A DNA stretch of 64,000 nucleotides from Callorhinchus milii (Eukaryota), in contig NW_024704743.1 in NCBI RefSeq assembly GCF_018977255.1, positions 45,076,001 to 45,140,000 on the forward strand, written 5' to 3'. Positions 38,001-50,100 of the stretch are shown one piece after another. The notes under the pieces are model-generated. The model saw only the letters and a program-made list of their open reading frames with translations. It did no database searches and had not been told where the DNA came from. The position numbers were made by a program, and so were the translations under genes. Position 1 is the first letter of the stretch; each line of letters begins with the position of its first letter.

Positions 38001-38566
38001 ATGATCCTTCTTTGACCTCCAGGCTCTCACTGTAATTGCAACTTGTTTTCCTTTTCTCTCATTTTCCTATACTTTTTATGGTCATTCTTCTCCTGAATTT
38101 TCCCCTCCTGTTCCGTCCAAACTGAAAAAAAAATTTCCTCATGCTCTTCTGCCTCCCTGAATCCTCATTATTGAAACAAAAAGTCAGCAAATATTTCGTC
38201 TGTACACAACACTTTCCCCAAAACCTCCAGACTCTGACACCATTTACCTCCCACACTCTTGTCTCCCTCTTCGATCTAGCAGCTCTGCTATTACCGAACG
38301 ACAACACTGTTAATTTTGTATTCATTCTCTTGCTCTTTCACTCTTGGTGGAGTCCTGCAATATGAGCCCTTGATCCTTCGGTTAAGCTTCTCAGAACACA
38401 TTCCCTCTCCCCTCTTCCCCCAGTGAACCTTGGAGCAGAATTGGCTAGCAATACATAACCAATAGAGGAAAATAAATCTGAGGGCAGGTTCTTGCTCAGT
38501 TATGTTTCCCATTCAACCACAATCCCACGATCAAAAAGCAACTGTTGTTTTATTAATGACTCATAA

Positions 38567-38889
38567 GGAGTCCTGTAGCTCAGTGGTTAGAGCACTCGCC
38601 TCGCAAGCGAGAGACCTGGGTTCGATTCCCGGCAGGGCAAAACCTTGGGCAAGTTTCCTTACTCCAAATGCCTAATAATAATCCCTCAAGAAAAAAACAA
38701 TAATAAATTGGTCACTTCAATCCATGACTGTTTGTGGGACACTGCTGTGTCAACTGGCTGCTGCATTTTGCCCACAAATATACAGTCAATTCAATATACA
38801 CTGTATTCTGTGAAGCACTTTGAGAATCCAGAAGACGTGAAAAGCACCATATCAAATGCAAGGATTATTATTATTTTTATTATTATTAT
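38567..38889 (+). mobile_element. tRNA-derived SINE, full length, short subfamily
   Basis: Head with A box (tagctcagtggttag), anticodon-like arm ctcgc-CTCGCAA-gcgag and B box (ggttcgattcc). L2-like tail ending (ATT)n. Confidence 0.9.
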
Positions 38890-39209
38890 GGGCACTCTGT
38901 CATTTATGCCAACACTTATATGTTATTTGTACTTCTGCTTCTTGTCACTGCTGACTCTTTCACATTTAAGAGCCTGTGTGTGAATAATCCACAATTGTTT
39001 TGTAATCCATTGAAATCCCCACATCTGATGCATTTCACACTCTCACTCTGACGGATGGGACAGTCCAGCCTTAGGACAACATGATATGCAACAATGGTGC
39101 TGAATTTGCAAATAGTGTCTCTTATCAGTAACCCTGTTTGTATCATGCCACTGGAAGGAGATCAGAGTAGAGTTTCAGCAAGTTGAGCTGAGTGGGAGCT
39201 CCACTATAA

Positions 39210-39372
39210 CAGTAAACTCCTGATGACTCGTCACTCCAAGGGAAAAGGATTCAGTGATGAGTTATCTGGATTGGCAAGTTCGACATATGGATAAATATTT
39301 AAATAAATGCAGCATGATAATTTAAGCATGAGTGACAAGTTGAGCCAGGGTCAAGTTATCAGGAGTTTACTA
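39210..39372. mobile_element. Small TIR element, Tc1/mariner-pogo (Tigger)-like MITE
   Basis: Inverted termini cagtaaactcctgatgactcg / caagttatcaggagtttacta, with TA-rich flanks. Confidence 0.6.
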
Positions 39373-39569
39373 TATATCTTGAGTTACACACAATTATGCA
39401 GCAATCCTTGCAGTTTCATAAGGTGTTCCAGTGGACCTTCTGTAATGTATTTGATTTTCATAACCAGGAACTGCTAGACATAATTGACAATGACTCATTC
39501 CATCCTGGCCATATGCAAAATAAGAAACAGGAGCTTGAAAATTTGTGCACCAGGAAGTGTTAGTTATCA

Positions 39570-39900
39570 CCACCACCAACAACAAATTACATTTGTATAG
39601 AGAGTGCCTTACAGGTTGAGAGGACGTCGCAAGACGCTGGTCAGTCAGGGATTTAGATCCTAGCAAGGGTTTGTGATCAGGGAGGGTGGAGGGCAGATGG
39701 GGTGGGGGTAGGAGGGTGACCAAAGGCGCGGTCGAAGAAGAGGGTCTTGAGACGTGCTTTGAAGGAGGCAAGGGAGGAAGCAAGGCAAATGGACTGTGGG
39801 ATGGAGTTCCAAAGGGTGGGGGCAGAGAGTCTGAAGGCCTGACTGCAGATGTTGGGGCAGACTGGGTGGGGACATGGAGCAGGCCAGAGCCAGTGATCAT
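39570..39900 (-). mobile_element. L2 3' fragment
   Basis: Peptide AFRLSAPTLWNSIPQSICLASSLASFKARLKTLFFDRAF. Tail aacaacaaattacatttgtatag. Confidence 0.82.
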
Positions 39901-41632
39901 TAACACAGCTTTGATAAATATAGTCAATAAGGTCAGTCAATAAAAGCCACATGTGTGACTTCCCCACCACCATCCAACTCAGTTACTATGATTGGATCTA
40001 TAGCCACCCAAACCGCCATTGTACTTGCTGGTTTGCAGAGTGTGGTATTGGACAGACAGATTTCGAATACTTAACTCAACATAAATATTAGGAAAGCAGA
40101 GAGCGAGGAGAATTAATGCTTTTCCAAGAAGTGGTTTCCTCTCTTCACTCTCTGCTTTCCTTCAAAGCAAGGGGATCCTGGCGAGAAGCCACTGACTTGA
40201 GCCTAGGTCTGAAAAGCACCATTGCTTTCCCTCAATAATCATCATAAAAGGCTTAGCAGCTTTGCTAAGAGGTCAGCGAAATTCTGCCTGATTATGACGT
40301 ATTCTCAATCTATAACAGATTAGCTTGGTTGAAGCTTCCCATTTGTTTGGGACAGCTTCAGAATAGCCGTTCAGCACGCTGCAGAATCGACTCAAACATA
40401 CAATAGCGTCACAGCAAAACAAAGTGTTGACAATCCCAAACGTTGTGAGATGCGTTTGAAAGCTGAATATTTTTACTTTATATTGGTCCGCATGTCAGCA
40501 TTTAAAATCATAGACTCATAGAACATTAAAACACATAAGGAGGCCATTCAGTCCATCGTGCCTATGTCGGCTCTTTGGAAGAGCTACCCAATCAGTCGCA
40601 CTCTCCCTCTCTTTCCCCATATCCCTGCAATTCCCATTTCCCAAATCTTCTCTTGCAAAATCTTTAGATGGAGGCAATGAGAAAAGACAGTTGACTGCTG
40701 CTCACATTTCTCTTTAAGCAGTCATTTTAACCTTCTTGCCACACTGTCCCTTTTCTCTTACCTTCCGCATCCCTATCATCTGGGAGCTGAAGACAGGCAT
40801 TAAGCAGCATTCTGTATCTGTTGCCACCAATGACAGTAGATTTATATTTTGACCTCATATGGCATCCAAATGCCATACTAATGGAATACTGTGTATCAAA
40901 GAGAAACAAATAATTTATATGCTGAATCTAGTTTTTATTCATTTTATTTATTTGTTTGTGGTTTGCTACAAATACACAGTCACTACACTTTACAATAAAT
41001 CCTGTGAAGCACTTTGAGACATTCCGATAATATGATAGGCACTACTATAGAATCTGAGTGAATCTGCTAAACTTTACTCTAGTGATCCAATTTTGTCTAA
41101 TAATTAATATGTTAATCTGAATAGTCTGAACTTTCTTTTCTTGTTCTTCCCATGTCACAAATATGCCATCCTGTGTTTACACCATTCTTCCTGCATCCTC
41201 ACAGTGTTAAAGTCAAAACTCATTCTTTCCCAAGATCTCAAGGCTCTGGCATTCTCTCCCTCTCTGATATCCCATCCTCATACACTCTGCAGCGTTGTAA
41301 ATCCTGGAATTAGTGTCACCAAAAGAAATCTTAAGATATCTCATTTTCTCTCCTGCTCTTTTCAACCTTGGTATTGTGTCCTGTATGATGAGCCTTACCC
41401 TTCACATGGGGTGTCATTAAAGGTTTCTATTTCCTGTAACTGGATGTAACACAATACTACAGGATACACACATTATGCCAAAAACATCAGAATGACACAA
41501 TTTTTCTACTTTAATTCCTTGAAATCATTGACTCCTGAATTGGACTGCGGGCTCCACAAAATCCTAACGTACCAGTTTCTTCCTACCTCAGAGAGTATGT
41601 TTGCTCAGCCATCCGGTTGGAGGTGTCAGACT

Positions 41633-41936
41633 AATAATAATAATTCTTGCATTTGATATAGTGCCTTATCACGTCGTTCAGACAGCTCAAAGTGCTTCAC
41701 AGAGTATACTGTAAAGTTAATTGACTTTGCATTTTGTGGGCGAAACGTGGCAACCAATTGCGCACAGCAGTGTCCCACAAACAATGGTAGATTTAGTGAC
41801 CAAATTATTGTTTATTTTTAGGGATTATTACATCAGGGAAGCGATCTGCCAATTAACTAACAACCCGGTTCCCACTTACTGCTAGGTAAACAGAGGCGTA
41901 TGGAGTAAGGAAAGTTGCCTAAGATTTCGCCCCGCC
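41633..41936 (-). mobile_element. tRNA-SINE, long subfamily, head truncated
   Basis: Tail, body and central segment match the 57003 copy. Confidence 0.85.
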
Positions 41937-44900
41937 TATGTACCTCATGTATTGCCAAGAATGGGTTAAACTTGTCTACAGGGGATGATCGAGATTGGAT
42001 AATCGCTGAGGCTAGATTTGGACCCTGCCTGTATGAGGGGGATTTCAATGCGCTAGCACTGGAACCACCTTGATCTTTACATTAGCGACATCTAAACAAC
42101 AAAAAACACTTCTGGGTAGAAGAGATCTTCTGATGCTCATTACATGCCTTCTACCAATTTCCAATATGCCTGAGGTGTGGGACATGTTTCATTATTTTTG
42201 CATTGATTCATTGCTTGAGTTTGGCACTGGCTGGAGCGAGGCACAGAAGGGAAGTATCAAAAATGGCCTTTTTTCTTTTTAAAAAAAGTGAAATATTGAA
42301 ACTTGAAATGTTTTCCATGAGTTTAGATTACATAAAATTGTGCCTCTTTGCTGATTTCTTTGGCAAATGCATAGATTTAATGTGCGCTTGTGTGGAGAAT
42401 GAATGAATTTCAGCCATAATCCAGGATGTCAATCATAACATCACAGGCGAAAGAGTTTCTTTGCTTAAACATAAAGTGAAGTCTGTTTACCCCAGGTGGC
42501 CTTTTAAATGTTCCTCTGAACATTTGCCAATAGGATTTTGAAAACTGATAGCTCAGTGTGAGATCTTTAGTGGGATTTGCTACCAAAATAAATATGATTG
42601 GGCTGCTGTTAGCTGCGAAACAGCAAATGGGGGGAATGAGAAGAAAGCAGAAAGCCTTCTGATTAAGGTGTTTAATCGTGGACATTTATTCTAAGCCTGT
42701 ATTACCTTTCAATGGCCATTTTGAAATCACAAAGTATAAATTATTACCCATTCCATAATTCCTTTATGATTTTTAAGGAATAGAGCATAGTTGTTTAAAG
42801 CAAAATGTACAATCTGTAAAATTCAGGCCTATGCAGGCTGATAGAAATTTAAAAAGAGCTATTGTCATTGTTACCAAAAACACAAGGAACCCAGTGAGTT
42901 TAAAATCAGATTCACGATTATCTGTTAAGTAGACTCTTTTTCATGAAAGAAACGCAAACTATGCTGACAATCTGCTCACTTCCTGCTCTACAGTTCCCAT
43001 AGCCACGGGCAAAAGCACTGCTAGGATAATAAGTACAATATGTCTCAGTGGATGGAATGCAAGGGCACTGGACTTTTAGCTGGGAGAGACCTAAGTTTCA
43101 GATCCAGATTTCCCTTCGGTGTTAGCTTGACAGTCTCTCGAGCGTTTGGAGGAAACAGGAACAGTTAGAGATCTCTCACACCACTTAAGCATACCTTCTG
43201 GTGCCTTGATTGCAGAATGCCATTCCGAGTGCCCATGGGGCTAATGCTGAGATACATTGTCCCACCATTCTGACAGGACAGTGGCACGAGTGTAGAGGAA
43301 GCTAAAATTGTTGACAGAGCAAGATAGAGTAGAATAAATTACAGTCATTTTTCTGTTCTTTCTGTTCTTAAAACATTTGAGAGAAAACCGCTTGAAAATT
43401 AGGCTGTATTTAAGAATTTTCCACATTCTGAACACCCTGAAATACTACATAAATAGTGTAAATTTAGACCCAAGTGGCATTTCTCCCCATATATCTATTT
43501 GAATGTTGCACTTTGCAAAAGTTTGACAAACCTTTTGTGTATGTAACTTAGACTGAATCTTTAGTTAGTTTCTGAGTATGACCTGATGGGCAAACCTGAA
43601 AACCAAGGTAACAAAGAAAGAGCTTGCATTTTTATAGCGCCTTGTACATCAAAATATGTCAGTGTCACAATATGTCACAATTACAATAGTTATTGTGAGG
43701 TGTAGTGACTTTCTAGACAAACATGGCAGCCATTCTGTACACAGCAAGGTACCATAAAGTGAACAACCCGTAAATCTGGAGGATTGTTGGCTGGGACAAT
43801 CTCTTCTCGTATTGGACAGTGTCATGGGATCTTTAACGTCCACTTGAAAAACAGAGCATCTCTTCCTCAGTTCAACATCTCAGTTGAAAGACGGCATATT
43901 CAACAATGTAGCACACCCACTATTATACTGGAATGTCACCTTAGACTGTGAGCTTAAGAGGGACTTTAAGCCAGAGGCATTAGTGCCACAGACTGTCCCG
44001 ACCTGACATGACTGGAAATTACTCACTAACATTTTTGAAGACCTTTCTTTCTGTGCTAGGGGCCTTGAATGGAGCCTCAAACACAGGGAGCACAAGTTTG
44101 CTGAGGGCTAATAGCCAAAGTGGCCCCGGGATCAGATTAAGTGTTTGTTGTGCTGCCCTATAGCAGAGTTCTAAGCAAAAGATACTGAGGGGTCCTCAGG
44201 GCGACACTGAAAATCACCAGAGAAGGTCACTGTTGTAGAAGTGGAAACAAATTATAGTTCGCTGAAGCATTTTATTGTTTATGCTTCTGTGCTTCAGGTC
44301 AGTGAAATGAAAATCTGATATTAGATCGATTTTGAGGAAATAGATTTTTCTGAATCCTCAATGAAGCAGAGATATTCTTTGAAGCAAATAAAACAAATAT
44401 GTGTGTATATATATATACGGTTTTGAAAATCCACAGGATTAGATGTTTGTGAACTGAATAGATAGTAAACATAAATACATTGGCAACAGTGTGGGTGGAT
44501 TTATTTTATCATTTCTGAAACCATCTAAAGAACATGTTGTTGGGGGGTAAATAGATATTGCCTAATGCTTCATTACGCCCCGTTACTCTGAAGTTCTGAG
44601 TCATTGACTTTTCCCTAATTTGAGACCTTTTGAAGCTGTAAACATGTCAAAGCCATGAATGTGAACAGAGTGAAACTGCAGTTGATAACCGGAAGCATGT
44701 TTTGTGATTTTATTTTCAGCACACTGCATTCCTGATGTTGTAAACGGTGCTGTGAAGCACGGCATCTCATTCATTACTGCTTGGACTGTGTTTCGATACA
44801 TTTTAATAGTTCCGTGGTGCTAATGGATTGAGTTTGACAAAGGGAAAATGCTTCCAAATCATCTGAAGGCCAAGTTCTTTGCCGTTTGGTTCCTTTTTAT

Positions 44901-45102
44901 AATAATAAACTGTGCTGATTGGGGAAGTTTTATTACTCAGGTGTTAGACTGAAAGAAGGACAGTTGCCAGATGACTGCCTTGGTGCTTCAGGCAATGTTT
45001 TGTGTTCCTTTATTCCGTGGTCTTGAAGTATAAAGACATGAATCCCTTCATACTCGCTGATTCATGCTTTGCAGACTCCTAGGCAATATGAATAATAAAT
45101 TA

Positions 45103-45198
45103 CAAAAACAGAAGTTGCTGGGAACACATAGCAGGTCAGGCAGCATCTATGGAGAAAGGAAAATGAGTCAACGATTTGGGTCCACGACCCTTCGTCAA
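45103..45198 (-). mobile_element. 96-bp Penelope-like terminal fragment with 12-bp TSD
   Basis: aataataaatta occurs at 45091-45102 and 45199-45210. The insert resembles the chondrichthyan Penelope-type repeat (cagaa..tgctgg..agcaggtcaggcagcatct), from recall. Confidence 0.7.
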
Positions 45199-46911
45199 AA
45201 TAATAAATTATTGATTTCATTGAGCTAGCTGACTAGGAAAGATTGAAAACAAGAAATATTAAAGATTATGGGAGTGAGCAGGAGAACGGGGGTGAGATTA
45301 GATGGCTCCTGTAGAGGAAAACACCAGTGCAGCATTGCTTGGTTTGTTTCAATGCCATAACATTCTCGAATTCTATAATTTAATACATTCAGTCCAGCCT
45401 GGCTAATCTGTTTACAATGATGTGTTGGTTGTCATATTATGGCTTCTAATTTCCTGGAGGCTGCTACTGTTAAACCTTTATTCCAATATTAACCCCTTGC
45501 CTTGCCTTTGTCATGTTAGGATGCTAGAAAAGGCAGTGGCCCTGGGTTACAGCAAACCATGTGTCATTGTCCAACACTGTGTTGATCTAGATAGTGATGT
45601 ATGCATTTTAAATCTTATGTAGTATGTTTAATCCCCCTGCTATTATTTATATTTAATAAAGCTTGATTTTAAAAACACGTGATACAGAACAGTGTACAAT
45701 ACATGTTGAAAAAGCAAACTAAAACCAATATCAACAATCCCTCACCAGATTGCTGTGGGGAAGTGCTGAGTGTAGCTTGATGCTCCCCCNATTGGGGGGA
45801 AGGGCAGACTGGCCTCTCACACTGTTTAGATATGATGGTGTGAGGTGCAGGAAGCCTCGGTTGAGAAGAAAGCTGAAAGAGGCACTGTTACCTTCACGTT
45901 AAAATAGGTGAATAAAACTGAGAATGCCTCAGGGAGTGACCAGTGCAGAAATGGATTTGGAAACCCACCAACATGCTTAAGAGTATCCAAACCTAAGAAT
46001 GCCATGCATCCCACCCACACATGGAAGTTCTGGAGATGTTCATTGGAATGGAATACGCACTCTTTCCCTGGAGGGACACATCCTGCTTACCTAATTCCAG
46101 AGGGTATTGGGCACAGGTTGGCAAGAGTCAAAGCTTGGAGACCGCAGTGTGCATTGAGGTACTGCTGGCGTCTGACCAGCTAAGAACGCAGAGCTTGCCA
46201 TTGATATTGCTGTCTGGCAAGCTTTCTTGCTGCTTGTCGAGCTAGGACCATATTACCCATTAGGGCTTTGGCTTGCAGGATTAATATGATCTGAGTGATG
46301 AATCCCTGCCCCCAGTGACTGGTCTGCCATTCCAAGTCCTGCCGATGAGCCAGGCTGGCTGTGCTGTCATCAGCAGTGCCCTGGACTACTGCAAACCTGC
46401 CTGGCTCAGGAACTGGACTACCGAGACCACCAGAGAAGATGGACTCGATTCTGACAAAATTCCGTTGTCAAACATGTCACAATAATCATTGCATTTGGTA
46501 CTGCAGGTTTTACATCAGGAGGATGTTGAAAAGCACTGCACAGAATGTTCCCAAGCACTTCATAAGATATATTGTAAAGTGCAGTGACTGTTTTTTAAAA
46601 TGTGGCAGCCAATTTGTGCACAACATTGCCCCACAAACAGCCATGAAGTGAATAACTGATTTTATTTAACCGATTACTTGTTTAAGTAAGCAATTCAGAA
46701 TAATTTAAAAGTTGGTCTTAATGGAGACAGAATGCTAAGTAGGATTTTCTATACCGCATGCTACGTTCTTTGTAATATTAATCCTTGCATTTGATATAGC
46801 GCCTTATCACATTTCAAAGCGCTTCACAGAATATATTGTAAATTGAATTGACTATTTATAAGTGCACTGTTATTGGACTGATAGTGATTACACATTCAAT
46901 GATCTTATTGA

Positions 46912-47151
<240 letters not shown>

Positions 47152-50100
47152 TGACCTTAGGATTTTGCACCACCCTCCCCTGTCAAAACCAGCTGAGAGC
47201 ACTGTGTGATCTCAGACATTGATATATAGGATAGGTTCAGTAGTCTTGTCAATGACTCTATCATCTAGACAGCTGAGTTCAGCCAGGAGCTCCCCAGACT
47301 CACCTCACTAACTCTCCCTTCCTTAATAACTCTTCTCAAGCAAGACTGCACATCTCGGTGTGTGGGTTTCTCAGCATGTAAAGAACAACCATCATTTAGC
47401 CAGTCACACGTATGGCATCTTACAGTAGTTAGAGAAACTTAAGTTTCAGAAGATTAATGATGGTTCAAACAGACAATTTTAAAGCTCTTGAAGTTGATTA
47501 AACCATACGTTTCAAAAAGCTTCCCTGACCATTAAGTAATAACCAGAATTTCAAAACAAGGCTTGTTTTCTTTTGTGCATCCTTTTGCATAGAATTGTAA
47601 TTGAAATCTTGGCAAAAGAAAGTCACTTTCCAAGAATTAGACAGTGACAGAAACAAAATATAAATTGATTTTCTGTCTTTTCAATCAATCCCTTACAAAT
47701 TGAGCCTTTTTTTCTATCTCTGCGATTAATCACAGCTTTAAACTCAATGAAAAGGCAGATGTCGGTCTTGCTATTTGAATTCTGTATCTAATTGCAGACC
47801 ACACGTTTAAGTATCAGCCTGGCTCGGTTGGCTGCACACTCACCTCTGAGTCAGAAGGCTGTGAGTTTAAATATATGTTGGGGGTTTAAGCTCATAGCTC
47901 CAGTGCAATTATGGAGGAGCACTGCATTGTTAGAGGTGTCGTCCTTCAGAAGTGTTGTTAATGTAAAGTTGTTTTTAGATTTGCAAAAGACCCTTGACCG
48001 AGTGACCCACAAGAGATTCCTTTACAAACAAACTCTTGTTTATGTTGGCAAAGGCAGCAGCTAACTCCCTGCTCTTCAAAAAATATGCCATAGGATCTTT
48101 AACATCCACATGAACCATAAGATGGGATCTCACCCAAACATCTCACATGAAGGACAGCATCTCCAACAGCGCAGCAGTCTGTCAGTTGTGTTGGAGTGTC
48201 AGCCTTGAGTATGAATGCAAGTTGTAACTGGTAGTGTTGAATCCACAGTCTTCTGACTGACTCAAAGGCAAGATTGCTGTCAACCGAACTAAACTGATAT
48301 ACATTGGTCACGACTGAACTAGTTAAAGACATGAAAGTAACAAAATGTAATAATATTGCATTTTTACCTTATTTATCTTTCTTTAAGGTAGAATATGTAT
48401 ATTAGTAGAGTTCTTGATACACCCGCCACAGATTTTGCTTGTATTTTCCAGAGATTTTTATTAGCCCAGCACAGAGGCCCCATTATGATGGAGTCTGGGG
48501 AAATGTCGAGGGTTTATCACAGTTAAGGACATGACTAGTCAGCCATGGGAGGATGGGATTGGTATTGATTCTGTATCTATTCCCTCTCTATCTATCTTTA
48601 ATTCCCACCTTAAAAACTATCTCTTTGGCCTGAGCTAATGGTCGCCCACCCCTCCCGCTTCCTCGTTGCTTGGCGACCAACCGGCCACGGTGCAGCACTC
48701 CATGACGTTATCCTCAGTGAAGTTATCCTAAGCTTTTATGAATGTAAGCTGTTGTTGTTGATTCTGGCACTAAAACGTGAAGTGGGTTCCGATGAGAACC
48801 CATTGCAAACTCCTCGATGGTTGTGCTTCCCAAAATAGAATCCTAACCAGAACTTTACTCCAAGGCCTGAGGGGAAGCACAGTACTTGGTACGTTCACAC
48901 AGGGCCCTGTTATGCTTTATGATGGGAGAGTGACACTCACAAGGGTGGAAGTGGGCCACACAAACAATCTACACTTTGGTATTCAGCCATCAGGCTATTT
49001 GCTGCACATTAAAAGCACTTTCCTATCAGAAAAACATTTGAGCCAACACATATGCTGAGGCACACAGCTGTGCTAGTCTTACCAGAAATGATTGAAACCA
49101 AGGCAGTCAGTGACCACTTCCATCCACAGAGGCTGGAGGCATGAGCTTCAGGAACACTGCTCACGCTACTCTGCACACACAGGGTGGATGATGTGGGGGA
49201 ATTCTCCAGCACAGACCACTGTTGAAGCAGAGTGCATGCATTATCTTAAATGGGAATTAGATAGATACGTGAAAAAAATAAGAGAAAATGTTAAAGGGTA
49301 TGAGAGGGAAGCAGAAAAGTTGGATTGGGTTGGAGTAGGATGCTCATTTGGAGAAAACCACCCTTGTAGAATTGATGGGCTGAATCGCCTATTTCTGGAT
49401 TGTAATATTCCATGATTCCATTGACTCAAAGAATATTTAAGGTTCCTTTCAGTTTGCAATAATACTCCAAAAATTATTGAGGTCTAATCCTCAATAAGAG
49501 GAAGTCGCCCTACACATGGGATGTTTGCCTGTTGCCATGGACTTTAAAGACCCTATGGCAGTACGCAAAAAGAGAGGGAGTTTCTCATGGTCTCCTAACC
49601 AGCCGTTTTCCAGATAAATTTGGCCAATTTCCTCTAAGGCTGTTTGTGAAATATTTGCTGTGCCCAAATTGGTTGTTGCATTTGCCTACCAATACACAGT
49701 CACCACACTTTACAGTTAAATACTGTGAATCGCTTTGACACACTTTGATGATGTGATAAGGTGCTATATAAAATAAAAGGACTATTATTTTACAATTTTT
49801 TTGTGCTATCAAGATCATATTGTTAATGTTGGTGAATTGAACACTGTTTTACACTCAGTATCAACAACAATTGTAGCGTAGTTAGATGCACAGTAGCGCT
49901 CCTTTTCCTCTGCCCCAGCTTTGTGCAGTAATTCATAATCTCAGAAGAGCAACTCCTATTGTCATAGGGGGATATCCTTTTTCCATAAACCTCTCTGTCA
50001 GAGATTATATATTTACAGAGATCCCAGGCACTAATTTGAAAAAGAAAAGTGGGGTTCTCCCAGTGTCCTGGGCAACAATAAAAACAAATAAAAATATTTG

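Noticed and set aside
38567..38640. tRNA-Ala-like gene (also at 54478, 57363, 27054, 27754)
   Set aside because: Each copy continues into a SINE body and (ATT)n tail and lacks a proper acceptor stem, so these are SINE heads rather than tRNA genes
39394..39973. Overlapping Pro-rich ORFs up to 177 aa
   Set aside because: Alternative frames of a C-rich L2 3' fragment
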